DNA of 64,000 nucleotides from Escherichia coli (GCF_044647545.1 NZ_CP172818.1), one strand, 5' to 3'; positions 18,301-33,777 are shown, counted from the first letter of the stretch. Program-made: numbers and translations. The notes: generated by a model from the sequence alone, not told the origin.

Positions 18301-19156
18301 CTGCCGTCGCCGAATGGTCATATCCCGAGGCGCTGTTATTTTCATCAATCATCACACCATTGTTTTGGTCATAATTATCATCAACAGAAATATCAATAAG
18401 ATACGGGGATGTGGTGCTGCTGGTATAAATTGCTCCGCCATAACCTTCTGCATAGTTATTGGTAAAGGAGGTATTATTAATTATCGTTTTTCCTGAAAGA
18501 TGTGTGTTATCCGTACTATTATCCGTAACATCAATGGCACCGCCGTCCCCATCACTATAGCTGGTTGATGTATATGCCTGGTTATTATTAAAAGCATCAT
18601 CACTTAAATAGACGTCATTATTGATGGTATAAATTGCACCGCCTTTGCCGTCATTAGCGATGTTATTGTGAAATACGGCGTTAGTGACACGTAAATCGGC
18701 GGCACCGGTATCATTGGTACCGGCAGAATAGATTGCTCCGCCATAGCCTCCTGCAACATTACTGTCGAAAATAACATTCGCAAGATTTATCGTTGAGTTT
18801 TCTTTAGCAAAGATAGCCCCACCATTATTATATTCGCCACTAACCGAGTTATCAGCAAACAGGGTCATCCCTGTTTCATTTTGTGGTGAAATCGTAAATT
18901 CAGCACTTTGCTGCAAAAATACTGCGCCACCGCTGGCATTATTGGCCATACCCGAAAAAATCAACCATTGCCCATCCGCGATGCTCCAGTCCTGCATATT
19001 GCCTGAAAGGCTTTGCCTGCTGGCGTGACAACTCGCTTTGATATCATATCCCTGACATGAATCAATGACCGCCGCGACACCGTTAGCAGAGAAAAGAGAC
19101 GCAATCATTGACGGGAGTAAAGATAAATACTCCTTGCGTAGAAAAATAATCCGCAT
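15399..19156 (-). pseudogene. yfaL: autotransporter adhesin split by a frameshift into passenger (16952..19156) and linker/beta-barrel (15399..16940) ORFs
   Basis: Track gives two adjacent ORFs in different frames. The upstream one has a signal peptide and Gly/Asn-rich beta-helix repeats; the downstream one has a Pro-rich PDPDPT linker and a C-terminal beta-barrel ending in a terminal aromatic (W). The downstream frame stays open upstream of its start as ...IRSIDATSGGDIDITDGTV, so the break lies around 16,940-17,000. Confidence 0.65.
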
Positions 19157-19689
19157 ATTAATCTGACCATCATTTTCTATAAGACGGCATATTTAATCGC
19201 ATTATACGATATGGGTTATTTTTCTTTTGTAAATTGTTCAACCCAGTGTAATGGCTATTTTGTTATTATTTCATGAATAATATCAGTGCGTCATAATTCA
19301 AGTTAATCACCTTAAGGGATATCAGTTATATTTAAACTGAATTAAAGTAATGAATAATTTTCTTATAATATAAGGTAAATTAACAAAATGGCTTCGCATT
19401 TAACAACAACCGAAGAGAAAACAACCATTTCGACATCAACAATCGCTTACATTCGCTTATATATTGACCATAACTGATACATCAGATTATGTGATGACTC
19501 GTGCTTAGATCAATTTTTGCAATCATTAGCCAAAAGATTAATAAACCATCTATATCAATTTATCTAACCTATTCTTCCGTTCAAGAAATCGCCGAACAGT
19601 TATTTTTAACAAATTTTTCTCTTCCCATTGACTTTCCCGGACACCTTGTCTGACCTAAGGTGCGCGAAAGCCACTTTTTCCTTCCTGAG

Positions 19690-19776
19690 TTATCCACAAA
19701 GTTATGCACTTGCAAGAGGGCCATTTTCACACTATCTTGCAGTGAATCCCAAACATACCCCCTATATATAGTGTTC
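19690..19776 (+). promoter_or_regulatory. nrdAB promoter region with two DnaA-box-like sites and two NrdR-box-like palindromes
   Basis: ttatccaca (about 19690-19698) and ttatgcact (about 19702-19710); palindromes cacactatcttgcagtg (about 19728-19744) and cctatatatagtgtt (about 19761-19775), 80-120 bp upstream of the nrdA ATG. Confidence 0.5.
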
Positions 19777-19851
19777 TAAGCAGCTTCCCTCACTACAGGT
19801 AGTCTGCATGAAACTATTGCGGAAAGAATTCCAAAAACAGGTACGACATAC

Positions 19852-22137
19852 ATGAATCAGAATCTGCTGGTGACAAAGCGCGACGGTAGCACAGAGCGCA
19901 TCAATCTCGACAAAATCCATCGCGTTCTGGATTGGGCGGCAGAAGGACTGCATAACGTTTCGATTTCCCAGGTCGAACTGCGCTCCCACATTCAGTTTTA
20001 TGACGGTATCAAGACCTCTGACATCCACGAAACCATTATCAAGGCTGCCGCAGACCTGATCTCCCGTGATGCGCCGGATTATCAGTATCTCGCCGCGCGC
20101 CTGGCGATCTTCCACCTGCGTAAAAAAGCCTACGGCCAGTTTGAGCCGCCTGCGCTGTACGACCACGTGGTGAAAATGGTCGTGATGGGCAAATACGATA
20201 ATCATCTGCTGGAAGACTACACGGAAGAAGAGTTCAAGCAGATGGACACGTTTATCGATCACGACCGTGATATGACCTTCTCTTATGCTGCCGTTAAACA
20301 GCTGGAAGGCAAATATCTGGTGCAGAACCGCGTGACCGGCGAAATCTACGAAAGCGCCCAGTTCCTTTATATTCTGGTTGCCGCGTGCCTGTTCTCGAAC
20401 TACCCGCGTGAAACGCGCCTGCAATACGTGAAGCGTTTTTACGACGCGGTTTCCACATTTAAAATTTCGCTGCCGACGCCAATCATGTCCGGCGTGCGTA
20501 CCCCGACTCGTCAGTTCAGCTCCTGCGTACTGATCGAGTGCGGCGACAGCCTGGATTCCATTAACGCCACCTCCAGCGCGATTGTTAAATACGTTTCCCA
20601 GCGTGCCGGGATCGGCATCAATGCCGGGCGTATTCGTGCGCTGGGTAGCCCGATTCGCGGTGGCGAAGCGTTCCATACCGGTTGTATTCCGTTCTATAAG
20701 CATTTCCAGACAGCGGTGAAATCCTGCTCTCAGGGCGGTGTGCGTGGCGGTGCGGCAACGCTGTTCTACCCGATGTGGCATCTGGAAGTGGAAAGCCTGC
20801 TGGTGTTGAAAAACAACCGTGGTGTGGAAGGCAACCGCGTGCGTCATATGGACTACGGGGTTCAAATCAACAAACTGATGTATACCCGTCTGCTGAAAGG
20901 TGAAGATATCACTCTGTTCAGCCCGTCCGACGTACCGGGGCTGTACGACGCGTTCTTCGCCGATCAGGAAGAGTTTGAACGCCTGTATACCAAATATGAG
21001 AAAGACGACAGCATCCGCAAGCAGCGTGTGAAAGCCGTTGAGCTGTTCTCGCTGATGATGCAGGAACGTGCGTCTACCGGTCGTATCTATATTCAGAACG
21101 TTGACCACTGCAATACCCATAGCCCGTTTGATCCGGTCATCGCGCCAGTGCGCCAGTCTAACCTGTGCCTGGAAATCGCCCTGCCGACCAAACCGCTGAA
21201 CGACGTCAACGACGAGAACGGTGAAATCGCGCTGTGTACGCTGTCTGCTTTCAACCTGGGCGCAATTAACAGCCTGGATGAACTGGAAGAGCTGGCAATT
21301 CTGGCGGTTCGCGCACTCGACGCACTGCTGGATTATCAGGATTACCCGATCCCGGCCGCTAAACGTGGAGCGATGGGGCGTCGTACGCTGGGTATTGGTG
21401 TGATCAACTTCGCTTACTACCTGGCGAAGCACGGTAAACGCTACTCCGACGGCAGCGCCAACAACCTGACGCATAAAACCTTCGAAGCCATTCAGTATTA
21501 CCTGCTGAAAGCGTCTAATGAGCTGGCGAAAGAGCAAGGCGCGTGCCCGTGGTTTAACGAAACCACTTACGCGAAAGGGATCCTGCCGATCGATACCTAT
21601 AAGAAAGATCTGGATGCCATCGCTAATGAGCCGCTGCATTACGACTGGGAAGCACTGCGTGAGTCAATCAAAACGCACGGCCTGCGTAACTCCACGCTTT
21701 CTGCTCTGATGCCGTCAGAGACTTCTTCGCAGATCTCTAACGCCACTAACGGTATTGAACCGCCGCGTGGTTACGTCAGCATCAAAGCGTCGAAAGACGG
21801 TATTCTGCGCCAGGTGGTGCCGGACTACGAGCATCTGCACGACGCCTATGAGCTGCTGTGGGAAATGCCGGGTAACGATGGCTATCTGCAACTGGTGGGT
21901 ATCATGCAGAAATTTATCGATCAGTCGATCTCTGCTAACACCAACTACGATCCATCACGTTTCCCGTCAGGAAAAGTGCCGATGCAGCAGTTGCTGAAAG
22001 ACCTGCTCACCGCCTACAAATTCGGGGTCAAAACGCTGTATTATCAGAACACCCGTGACGGTGCTGAAGACGCACAAGACGATCTGGTGCCGTCAATCCA
22101 GGACGATGGCTGCGAAAGCGGCGCATGTAAGATCTGA
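19852..22137 (+). CDS. nrdA: class Ia ribonucleotide reductase alpha subunit
   Basis: 761-aa ORF, N-terminal ATP-cone ([33 protein letters not shown]), C-terminal redox-cysteine tail. Confidence 0.97.
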   Translation: MNQNLLVTKRDGSTERINLDKIHRVLDWAAEGLHNVSISQVELRSHIQFYDGIKTSDIHETIIKAAADLISRDAPDYQYLAARLAIFHLRKKAYGQFEPPALYDHVVKMVVMGKYDNHLLEDYTEEEFKQMDTFIDHDRDMTFSYAAVKQLEGKYLVQNRVTGEIYESAQFLYILVAACLFSNYPRETRLQYVKRFYDAVSTFKISLPTPIMSGVRTPTRQFSSCVLIECGDSLDSINATSSAIVKYVSQRAGIGINAGRIRALGSPIRGGEAFHTGCIPFYKHFQTAVKSCSQGGVRGGAATLFYPMWHLEVESLLVLKNNRGVEGNRVRHMDYGVQINKLMYTRLLKGEDITLFSPSDVPGLYDAFFADQEEFERLYTKYEKDDSIRKQRVKAVELFSLMMQERASTGRIYIQNVDHCNTHSPFDPVIAPVRQSNLCLEIALPTKPLNDVNDENGEIALCTLSAFNLGAINSLDELEELAILAVRALDALLDYQDYPIPAAKRGAMGRRTLGIGVINFAYYLAKHGKRYSDGSANNLTHKTFEAIQYYLLKASNELAKEQGACPWFNETTYAKGILPIDTYKKDLDAIANEPLHYDWEALRESIKTHGLRNSTLSALMPSETSSQISNATNGIEPPRGYVSIKASKDGILRQVVPDYEHLHDAYELLWEMPGNDGYLQLVGIMQKFIDQSISANTNYDPSRFPSGKVPMQQLLKDLLTAYKFGVKTLYYQNTRDGAEDAQDDLVPSIQDDGCESGACKI

Positions 22138-22140
22138 TTT

Positions 22141-22262
22141 TGAGATGCCGGATGCGGCAACGCCTTATCTGGCCTACGGCTCGGTTTGTAGGCCTGATAA
22201 GACGCGCCAGCGTCGCATCAGGCACAGGATGCGGCGTAAAATGCCTTATCCGGCATTAAACT
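22141..22262. repeat. REP cluster between nrdA and nrdB
   Basis: Several palindromic units (gccggatgcggc..., gcctgataagacgcgccagcgtcgcatcaggc...). Confidence 0.6.
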
Positions 22263-22279
22263 CCCAACAGGACACATTC

Positions 22280-23410
22280 ATGGCATATACCACCTTTTCA
22301 CAGACGAAAAATGATCAGCTGAAAGAACCGATGTTCTTTGGTCAGCCGGTCAACGTGGCTCGCTACGATCAGCAAAAATATGACATCTTCGAAAAGCTGA
22401 TCGAAAAGCAGCTCTCTTTCTTCTGGCGTCCGGAAGAAGTTGACGTTTCTCGTGACCGTATCGATTACCAGGCACTGCCTGAACACGAAAAACACATCTT
22501 TATCAGCAACCTGAAATATCAGACGCTGCTGGACTCCATTCAGGGTCGCAGCCCGAACGTGGCACTGCTGCCGCTGATCTCGATCCCGGAACTGGAAACC
22601 TGGGTCGAAACCTGGGCGTTCTCAGAAACGATTCATTCCCGCTCCTATACCCATATCATCCGTAATATCGTTAACGATCCGTCAGTTGTCTTTGACGATA
22701 TCGTCACTAACGAGCAGATCCAGAAACGTGCGGAAGGGATCTCCAGCTATTACGATGAACTGATCGAAATGACCAGCTACTGGCATCTGCTGGGCGAAGG
22801 CACCCACACCGTCAACGGTAAAACCGTGACCGTTAGCCTACGTGAGCTGAAGAAAAAACTGTATCTCTGCCTGATGAGCGTTAACGCGCTGGAAGCGATT
22901 CGTTTCTATGTCAGCTTTGCTTGTTCTTTCGCATTTGCGGAACGCGAACTGATGGAAGGCAACGCCAAGATTATTCGCTTGATTGCCCGTGACGAAGCCC
23001 TACACCTGACCGGCACCCAGCATATGCTGAATCTGCTGCGCAGCGGCGCGGATGATCCGGAGATGGCGGAAATTGCCGAAGAATGTAAGCAGGAGTGCTA
23101 TGACCTGTTTGTCCAGGCGGCACAGCAAGAGAAAGACTGGGCGGATTATCTGTTCCGTGATGGTTCGATGATTGGTCTGAATAAAGACATCCTCTGCCAG
23201 TACGTTGAATACATCACCAATATCCGTATGCAGGCAGTCGGTTTGGATCTGCCGTTCCAGACGCGCTCCAACCCGATCCCGTGGATCAACACCTGGCTGG
23301 TGTCTGATAACGTGCAGGTTGCTCCGCAGGAAGTGGAAGTCAGTTCTTATCTGGTCGGTCAGATTGACGCGGAAGTGGACACCGACGATTTGAGTAACTT
23401 CCAGCTCTGA
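22280..23410 (+). CDS. nrdB: class Ia ribonucleotide reductase beta subunit
   Basis: Track ORF 22055..23410 trimmed to [22 protein letters not shown]; the upstream extension runs through the REP cluster and is not coding. Confidence 0.95.
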   Translation: MAYTTFSQTKNDQLKEPMFFGQPVNVARYDQQKYDIFEKLIEKQLSFFWRPEEVDVSRDRIDYQALPEHEKHIFISNLKYQTLLDSIQGRSPNVALLPLISIPELETWVETWAFSETIHSRSYTHIIRNIVNDPSVVFDDIVTNEQIQKRAEGISSYYDELIEMTSYWHLLGEGTHTVNGKTVTVSLRELKKKLYLCLMSVNALEAIRFYVSFACSFAFAERELMEGNAKIIRLIARDEALHLTGTQHMLNLLRSGADDPEMAEIAEECKQECYDLFVQAAQQEKDWADYLFRDGSMIGLNKDILCQYVEYITNIRMQAVGLDLPFQTRSNPIPWINTWLVSDNVQVAPQEVEVSSYLVGQIDAEVDTDDLSNFQL

Positions 23411-23664
23411 TGGCCCGCGTTACCCTGCGCATTACTGGCACACAACTGCTGTGCCAGGATGAACACCCTTCCCTTCTGGCGGCGCTGGAATCCCACAATG
23501 TGGCGGTTGAGTACCAGTGCCGCGAAGGTTACTGCGGCTCCTGTCGCACCCGACTGGTCGCAGGCCAGGTGGACTGGATTGCCGAACCGTTAGCTTTTAT
23601 TCAGCCGGGGGAAATTTTGCCCTGTTGTTGCCGGGCAAAAGGCGATATTGAAATCGAGATGTGA
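23410..23664 (+). CDS. yfaE: 2Fe-2S ferredoxin associated with NrdB
   Basis: 84-aa ORF starting at the nrdB stop (TGATG overlap) with a Cys cluster (CREGYCGSCRTRL...CCC). Confidence 0.9.
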   Translation: MARVTLRITGTQLLCQDEHPSLLAALESHNVAVEYQCREGYCGSCRTRLVAGQVDWIAEPLAFIQPGEILPCCCRAKGDIEIEM

Positions 23665-23667
23665 ATT

Positions 23668-23716
23668 GGTTTTAACGCCAGATACGACGCTTATACGTCT
23701 TATCTGGCCTACAACG
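23668..23716. repeat. single REP unit between yfaE and inaA
   Basis: cgccagatacgacgcttatacgtcttatctggcctac palindrome. Confidence 0.5.
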
Positions 23717-23717
23717 A

Positions 23718-24368
23718 TTACATAGCGTAGTAATATGCTTTCACCTGCTCCCAGTCCGCTTTGGGGATCGGCTCCAGATATTTTTCCAGCTGGCGGAAGT
23801 CATGATTAATCGCTTTATCACGACGCAAGCGGCGACGACTTTTCTCCAGGTCAAGAAATCCAGCTTCTGCCTTACCTTCTGTTTTCACATAGATATGGCG
23901 AACATAACAACAGCCATGCTGACGATTAACGCTATGCATTTTCTTAAACGCCAGCGCCACTGCTTTCAACATGGCTTGCCGTACTTCGTCAGAATAAGGC
24001 GATACTGCATGCCGGGCATACCAGTCAGCAATGCTGATGAACCCCGCCATATCTTCAGTCACCAGCAACGCGCGCCATTCCCCCTCAATTTTCACCGCTT
24101 CACCAAAAACGATCTTCGGCACGATGACACCAGCCCGTTCCAGTTCTTTAATTACCGCAACCTCACGGACAATCGTTGGTCGACCGAACGGATAACGTAC
24201 GGAATGAAACAGATGATGCGTCATGCGCTTTACATATAGCTTTTTGCCGTTGCGCTCGACGCATTGCACCCCGCTCATACCATTACGGCGATAGTTAGGC
24301 TCTTCAACCCAGTCGCCCTCTGTTGCCCACCAGTGATTAAATTCGTCGTGCTTTGCTGAAACTGCCAT
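23718..24368 (-). CDS. inaA: acid-inducible putative lipopolysaccharide kinase
   Basis: 216-aa ORF recognised as InaA. Confidence 0.85.
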   Translation of the reverse strand: MAVSAKHDEFNHWWATEGDWVEEPNYRRNGMSGVQCVERNGKKLYVKRMTHHLFHSVRYPFGRPTIVREVAVIKELERAGVIVPKIVFGEAVKIEGEWRALLVTEDMAGFISIADWYARHAVSPYSDEVRQAMLKAVALAFKKMHSVNRQHGCCYVRHIYVKTEGKAEAGFLDLEKSRRRLRRDKAINHDFRQLEKYLEPIPKADWEQVKAYYYAM

Positions 24369-24559
24369 ACCCTATCGCCTGTCATTTTTTATTTACGACA
24401 ATGACTATAGGTGGTTACCTGCGAAAAATCTTAATGAAACGTGTCGTATTAATGAATTTCTTTTGCCGCTACTAGCATGACACCGCTTTTGCCCTTCATT
24501 TGCAGCGCATAGACTCCACCAGCCACTACCACTAATAGTGCACCCAGCAGATAAAATAT

Positions 24560-24811
24560 GAATTTAATCACCCGGATACAGCGATCAGTTTTATTCGACA
24601 GGGATTAGGCATCGCCTTATTACCAGAGTTAACGCTGAAAACCATTGCAGATGAATTGTGTTCCGTTCCTCTCGAACCAACCTTCTATCGACAGATTTCG
24701 TTGCTGGCTAAAGAAAAGCCGGTAGAAGGCAGTCCACTGTTTTTACTACAAATGTGCACAGAACAATTAGTGGAGAGTGGAAAATTTGATATGAGACAGG
24801 ATGGCGCATGA
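24560..24811 (+). pseudogene. yfaH: C-terminal remnant of a LysR-family regulator
   Basis: Frame reading ...GLGIALLPELTLKTIADELCSVPLEPTFYRQISLLAKEKPVEGSPLFLLQMCTEQLVESGKFDMRQDGA*, a co-inducer-domain tail with no N-terminal HTH domain. Confidence 0.55.
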
Positions 24812-24830
24812 ACGCCATCCTGCAGTAGCA

Positions 24831-25907
24831 TTACTCTTTATTAAGGAATTTTACTGCCTTATCAGGGAAATCAGTAAACAGCCCATTTACACCCGCTTTG
24901 TTATACAGAGCATCATATAACTGATTCACATCAGTAGTGTATTCAGGCAGCTTATCTGACCGCACGGTGTAAGGATGCACTACCAGTTTATTCTGCTGAG
25001 CATCTTGCACCATGCCAGTGAGTTTGATATTACCTGGCTGCGATGTCTCCTCAATCAACATATGGTAATCCGGACCAATACCATCAGCATATTCCGCCAC
25101 CTGTTTCATGGCCCCCGGCGTAAACATCCAGTCGTAGTTGTAATTAACCCAGCTTCCGTCCGGCTGTTTCTGCTGAGTTTCGTTCCAGTCGGTATAGGCA
25201 ATCAGCTGTACCAGATTGAGGTCCATGCCCATTTTAGGTTCCAGCTCATTCTTAATACGCTTCAGTTCATCGGCATCAAAACATTGCAAATAAACTTTGT
25301 CGTCCTTACCGGTGTAACCATATTTCTTCAGCACTTCCAGCGTTTTTGCCGCAATATCCTTCCCTTCCTGATGATGGAACCACGGCGCTTTAATCTCCGG
25401 GTAGATACCAATATTTTTCCCGGTAGAGTGATTTAACCCCTGAACAAATTCAATCTCTTCTTCAAAGGTGTGCACCCGGAAGTCGGACTTACCCATTGGG
25501 AAACGCCCCGGATAAGTCTGTACTTTCTTACCGTTTTCAATATCGAAACCTTCGGTAAATTTCAGTGACTTAATTTCATCGAGCGTGAAATCTATCGCGT
25601 AGTAACGACCGTCTTTGCGCGCCCGATCCGGGAAACGATCGGCAACATCAGTAACACGATCGAGATAATGGTCATGCAGAACAACCAGATGGTCGTCTTT
25701 GGTCATCACCAAATCCTGTTCCAGATAATCCGCTCCCTGCGCATACGCCATCGCTTTTGCTGGCAGCGTATGCTCCGGCAAATATCCACTGGCACCGCGA
25801 TGGGCGATGACTATTTTTTCGTTGCTGTCCGCCGCCATTGCACTGCTTCCCATGATCATTCCACTCATCATGATCGCCATGCTAAGGTTTTTCAGCGTCA
25901 ATTTCAT
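24831..25907 (-). CDS. glpQ: periplasmic glycerophosphodiester phosphodiesterase
   Basis: Track ORF 24831..25964 trimmed to MKLTLKNLSMAIMMSGMIMGSSAMA (signal peptide); HRGASGYLPEHT catalytic motif. Confidence 0.93.
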   Translation of the reverse strand: MKLTLKNLSMAIMMSGMIMGSSAMAADSNEKIVIAHRGASGYLPEHTLPAKAMAYAQGADYLEQDLVMTKDDHLVVLHDHYLDRVTDVADRFPDRARKDGRYYAIDFTLDEIKSLKFTEGFDIENGKKVQTYPGRFPMGKSDFRVHTFEEEIEFVQGLNHSTGKNIGIYPEIKAPWFHHQEGKDIAAKTLEVLKKYGYTGKDDKVYLQCFDADELKRIKNELEPKMGMDLNLVQLIAYTDWNETQQKQPDGSWVNYNYDWMFTPGAMKQVAEYADGIGPDYHMLIEETSQPGNIKLTGMVQDAQQNKLVVHPYTVRSDKLPEYTTDVNQLYDALYNKAGVNGLFTDFPDKAVKFLNKE

Positions 25908-25911
25908 GCCA

Positions 25912-27270
25912 TTAGCCTCCGTTGCGTTTTTGCAGTAATTCCTGATGGCGACGTTTTTCGCCAATCATCACAACAATCAACAAGATAACCGCCAGAATGC
26001 TGCCGCCAATCATTACCATAAAGCCGCCATCCCAGCCGAAGAAGTCCACGGTGTAGCCAACAATCGCGCTCGCCGCCACCGAACCGCCCAGGTAACCAAA
26101 CAGCCCGGTAAAGCCCGCTGCCGTACCTGCCGCTTTTTTCGGTGCCAGTTCCAGCGCATGCAGACCGATCAGCATCACAGGGCCGTAGATCAGGAAGCCG
26201 ATAACAATCATACAAATCATATCTACGGTTGGGTTACCTGCCGGGTTCATCCAGTAAACGATAGTCGCGATGGTCACCAGTGTCATAAAGAAGACGCCGG
26301 TGGCCCCACGGTTGCCACGGAAGACTTTATCCGACATCCAGCCGCACAGCAGGGTGCCCGGAATGCCCGCATACTCATAGAAGAAGTAGGCCCAGGAGGA
26401 TTTATCCAGCGCGAAGTGTTTCACCTCTTTCAGATAAGTCGGTGACCAGTCGAGGATGCCGTAACGCAGCAGATAAACGAACACGTTGGCGATAGCGATG
26501 TACCACAGCAGTTTGTTCGGCAGCACGTACTGCATGAAGATTTGCTTCGCCGTCAGCTCCTGTTCCGCTTTTTCGTTATAGTCGTCCGGATAATCATTTT
26601 TGTACTCTTCGATCGGCGGCAGGCCACAGGATTGCGGGGTATCGCGCATCATCGCAAAGGCGAACAGTGCCACCAGAATGGCGCAGAAAGCGGGCATATA
26701 GAGCGCCGCGTGCCAGTCATTGAACCAGGCCATCCCCAGCAGGAACAGCAGCGGCGGAATACCACCACCGACGTTGTGCGCACAGTTCCACACTGACACA
26801 ATGCCGCCACGTTCTTTCTGCGACCACCAGTGCACCATAGTACGACCGCACGGCGGCCATCCCATCCCCTGGAACCAACCGCAGAGGAACAACAGTACAA
26901 ACATCACCGCAATGCTCGACGTCGCCCACGGCACAAAGCCCATAAACAACATCACTGCCGCCGCCAGAATCAAACCTGCGGGCAGGAAAACGCGCGGATT
27001 CGAGCGATCCGATACCGAACCCATGATGAATTTCGAAAATCCATAAGCAATCGAGATCCCCGAAAGGGCAAAACCTAAATCACCGCGTGAGAATCCCTGC
27101 TCAACCAGATAAGGCATAGCGAGCGCAAAGTTCTTACGAACCAAATAGTAAGCAGCATAGCCAAAGAATATCCCCAGGAAAATTTGCCAGCGCAATCGAC
27201 GATAAGTCGGATCGATCTCCGCAGCAGGTAAGCGCGCTTTGTGTGGCGCTGGTTTAAAAATACTCAACAT
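25912..27270 (-). CDS. glpT: glycerol-3-phosphate transporter (MFS)
   Basis: 452-aa ORF with 12-TM MFS architecture, N-terminus [48 protein letters not shown]. Confidence 0.95.
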   Translation of the reverse strand: MLSIFKPAPHKARLPAAEIDPTYRRLRWQIFLGIFFGYAAYYLVRKNFALAMPYLVEQGFSRGDLGFALSGISIAYGFSKFIMGSVSDRSNPRVFLPAGLILAAAVMLFMGFVPWATSSIAVMFVLLFLCGWFQGMGWPPCGRTMVHWWSQKERGGIVSVWNCAHNVGGGIPPLLFLLGMAWFNDWHAALYMPAFCAILVALFAFAMMRDTPQSCGLPPIEEYKNDYPDDYNEKAEQELTAKQIFMQYVLPNKLLWYIAIANVFVYLLRYGILDWSPTYLKEVKHFALDKSSWAYFFYEYAGIPGTLLCGWMSDKVFRGNRGATGVFFMTLVTIATIVYWMNPAGNPTVDMICMIVIGFLIYGPVMLIGLHALELAPKKAAGTAAGFTGLFGYLGGSVAASAIVGYTVDFFGWDGGFMVMIGGSILAVILLIVVMIGEKRRHQELLQKRNGG

Positions 27271-27380
27271 TGAAAGCCTCCGTGGCCCGTGGTCTTATTT
27301 ATGATTAACAGACTGATTCAGTGGGAGAACCTGCCGTTTCTTGAGTTGCCGCGATGTTAAGAAAACATTCATAAATTAAA

Positions 27381-27396
27381 TGTGAATTACCGCACA
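27381..27396. promoter_or_regulatory. CRP-binding site in the divergent glpTQ / glpACB control region
   Basis: tgtgaattaccgcaca, close to TGTGA-N6-TCACA, centred in the 272-bp intergenic region. Confidence 0.5.
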
Positions 27397-27542
27397 CATT
27401 ATTAAATACGATGGTTTAAATGTTCAGAATGACGCATGAAATCACGTTTCACTTTCGAATTATGAGCGAATATGCGCGAAATCAAACAATTCATGTTTTT
27501 ACTATGGCTAAATGGTAAAAAACGAACTTCAGAGGGATAACA

Positions 27543-31607
<4,065 letters not shown>

Positions 31608-31618
31608 ACTCCTTTCTG

Positions 31619-31653
31619 ATGCCCGGTAAGCATGTTGTTACCGGGCATTTTTG
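31619..31653 (+). terminator. intrinsic terminator after glpC
   Basis: gcccggtaagcatgttgttaccgggc hairpin followed by atttttg. Confidence 0.6.
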
Positions 31654-31799
31654 CGTGCACGATTCCGCGCTCAATGTATACGTTGCAACGCAGTGAAAAT
31701 TCCTCTGAAAACGTCTCGCAAAGACTGAAACTGGCAGATGTCAAAGGCCTGGGATAACCGTAATGTCGCGTCATCATAAATATCAGGTGACGGACAACC

Positions 31800-32735
31800 A
31801 TGACCGAATCAACAACCTCCTCCCCGCATGATGCGGTATTTAAAACCTTTATGTTCACACCCGAAACCGCACGGGATTTTCTCGAAATACATTTACCAGA
31901 ACCACTGCGCAAGCTTTGCAACCTGCAAACCTTACGCCTGGAACCCACCAGTTTTATTGAAAAAAGTTTACGCGCTTACTACTCGGATGTTTTGTGGTCG
32001 GTGGAAACCAGCGACGGTGACGGCTATATCTACTGCGTGATTGAACATCAAAGTTCTGCAGAAAAGAATATGGCTTTTCGACTAATGCGCTATGCCACCG
32101 CCGCCATGCAGCGCCATCTGGACAAAGGCTATGACAGAGTCCCGCTGGTGGTGCCGTTGCTGTTTTATCATGGCGAAACCTCGCCCTACCCATACTCACT
32201 TAACTGGCTGGATGAGTTTGATGATCCGCAACTTGCCCGGCAGTTGTACACCGAAGCTTTTCCGTTGGTGGATATCACCATCGTACCTGACGATGAGATC
32301 ATGCAACATCGGCGTATAGCTCTGCTGGAACTGATTCAAAAGCATATTCGCGACCGCGATTTAATCGGTATGGTCGACAGGATCACCACGCTTTTGGTTA
32401 GAGGCTTCACTAATGACAGCCAGCTACAAACACTGTTTAATTATCTGCTGCAATGCGGCGATACCTCCCGTTTCACCCGTTTTATTCAGGAGATTGCCGA
32501 ACGTTCACCACTACAAAAGGAGAGATTAATGACTATTGCTGAACGGCTACGGCAGGAAGGGCATCAAATTGGTTGGCAGGAGGGGAAGTTGGAGGGTTTG
32601 CAGAAAGGCAAAGTAGAAGGTATGCATGAACAAGCCATTAAAATTGCCTTGCGCATGCTGGAACAGGGCTTTGAACGTGAGATTGTGCTGGCGACAACCC
32701 AACTCACTGATGCTGATATTCCGAACTGTTATTAA
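31800..32735 (+). CDS. rpnE: Rpn family (YhgA-like, PD-(D/E)XK) recombination-promoting nuclease
   Basis: 311-aa ORF, N-terminal [19 protein letters not shown]..., recognised as yfaD/RpnE; its C-terminal roughly 70 codons are tandemly repeated downstream as ypaA. Confidence 0.85.
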   Translation: MTESTTSSPHDAVFKTFMFTPETARDFLEIHLPEPLRKLCNLQTLRLEPTSFIEKSLRAYYSDVLWSVETSDGDGYIYCVIEHQSSAEKNMAFRLMRYATAAMQRHLDKGYDRVPLVVPLLFYHGETSPYPYSLNWLDEFDDPQLARQLYTEAFPLVDITIVPDDEIMQHRRIALLELIQKHIRDRDLIGMVDRITTLLVRGFTNDSQLQTLFNYLLQCGDTSRFTRFIQEIAERSPLQKERLMTIAERLRQEGHQIGWQEGKLEGLQKGKVEGMHEQAIKIALRMLEQGFEREIVLATTQLTDADIPNCY

Positions 32736-32747
32736 AAGGAGAGATTA

Positions 32748-32933
32748 ATGACTATTGCTGAACGGCTACGGCAGGAAGGACACCAAATTGGCTGGCAGGA
32801 GGGTAAATTAGAAGGCATGCATGAACAAGCCATTAAAATTGCCTTGCGCATGCTGGAACAGGGCATTGATCGTGACCAGGTGCTCGCGGCCACTCAGCTA
32901 AGCGAAGCCGATCTGGCAGCGAATAACCACTAA
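32748..32933 (+). CDS. ypaA: stand-alone duplicate of the RpnE C-terminal domain
   Basis: 61-aa ORF with its own aaggagag ribosome-binding site; [23 protein letters not shown]...ALRMLEQG nearly identical to residues about 245-300 of the yfaD product. Confidence 0.7.
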   Translation: MTIAERLRQEGHQIGWQEGKLEGMHEQAIKIALRMLEQGIDRDQVLAATQLSEADLAANNH

Positions 32934-32973
32934 TTAACACAGGCCCACAGCCGATCCCCATGGGCCTTTGATA

Positions 32974-33777
32974 TCAATAACTACCTTTTACGCGTGGCCC
33001 ATTTTTGCCTGATTTAAACATCGCCAGTCGTTGATCCAGGGCATCGCTGTAGAGCATCGTGTCAACGCCAACAGCGACAAAGTTCGCTCCCCACGCCAGG
33101 CATTGCTGCGCCATATCAGGAGCCACAGCCAGAAAACCAGCAGCTTTACCCGCAGCACGGATCCGCCGAATGCTGGTTTCAATAATTCGCTGCACTTCCG
33201 GGTGCCCGGCGTTATCCGGGTAGCCCAACGAGGCAGAAAGATCCGCAGGTCCAATAAACACGCCATCAATTCCTTCGACGCCGAGGATTTCGTCCAGGTT
33301 ATCCAGTGCCGTCTTACTTTCCACCTGCACCAACAGACAAAGCGAATCGTTGACGTGCGCCATGTAATTCTCAATGCGTCCCCAGCGAGCAGCCCGTGCC
33401 ACACTGGCCCCAACACCACGCTCACCGTAGGGAGGATAGCGCGTGGCAGACACCACCTGACGTGCCTGATCGGCAGTATCGACCATCGGGATCAGTAGAG
33501 TTTGCGCGCCAATATCCAGGACTTGTTTAATCAGCGACTTACTGGCTTCCACCGGACGGATCACGGGTTGGCTGGCATAGGGCGCTACCGCCTGTAGCTG
33601 GTGATAAAGATCCTGAATGGTGTTTGGCGCGTGCTCCCCGTCAATCAGCAACCAGTCATAACCGGAGGTGGCGGCAATTTCTGCCATATAAGAAGTAGTC
33701 GAGCTTAACCACAGACCAATTTGCACTTCGCCCTTGCGTAAACGTTCTTTAAAGGGATTGCTTAATAATGCGTTCAT
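32974..33777 (-). CDS. rhmA: 2-keto-3-deoxy-L-rhamnonate aldolase
   Basis: Track ORF 32974..34080 trimmed to [24 protein letters not shown] (HpcH/HpaI aldolase family); the upstream extension overlaps rhmT and is not credible. Confidence 0.9.

Noticed and set aside
19762..21639. 625-aa ORF antisense to nrdA
   Set aside because: It lies entirely inside the well-supported nrdA CDS on the opposite strand; its translation is Arg/Val/Gln/Phe-rich with no recognisable domains. Treated as a shadow ORF.
22055..22279. Track extension of nrdB 75 codons upstream
   Set aside because: The extension runs through the REP cluster and overlaps the nrdA 3' end; the conserved NrdB N-terminus MAYTTFSQ begins at 22280.
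31800..32735. yfaD as a possible IS transposase or mobile element
   Set aside because: No inverted repeats, target-site duplication or partner ORF are visible. It matches the chromosomal Rpn (YhgA-like) nuclease family, not an insertion sequence.
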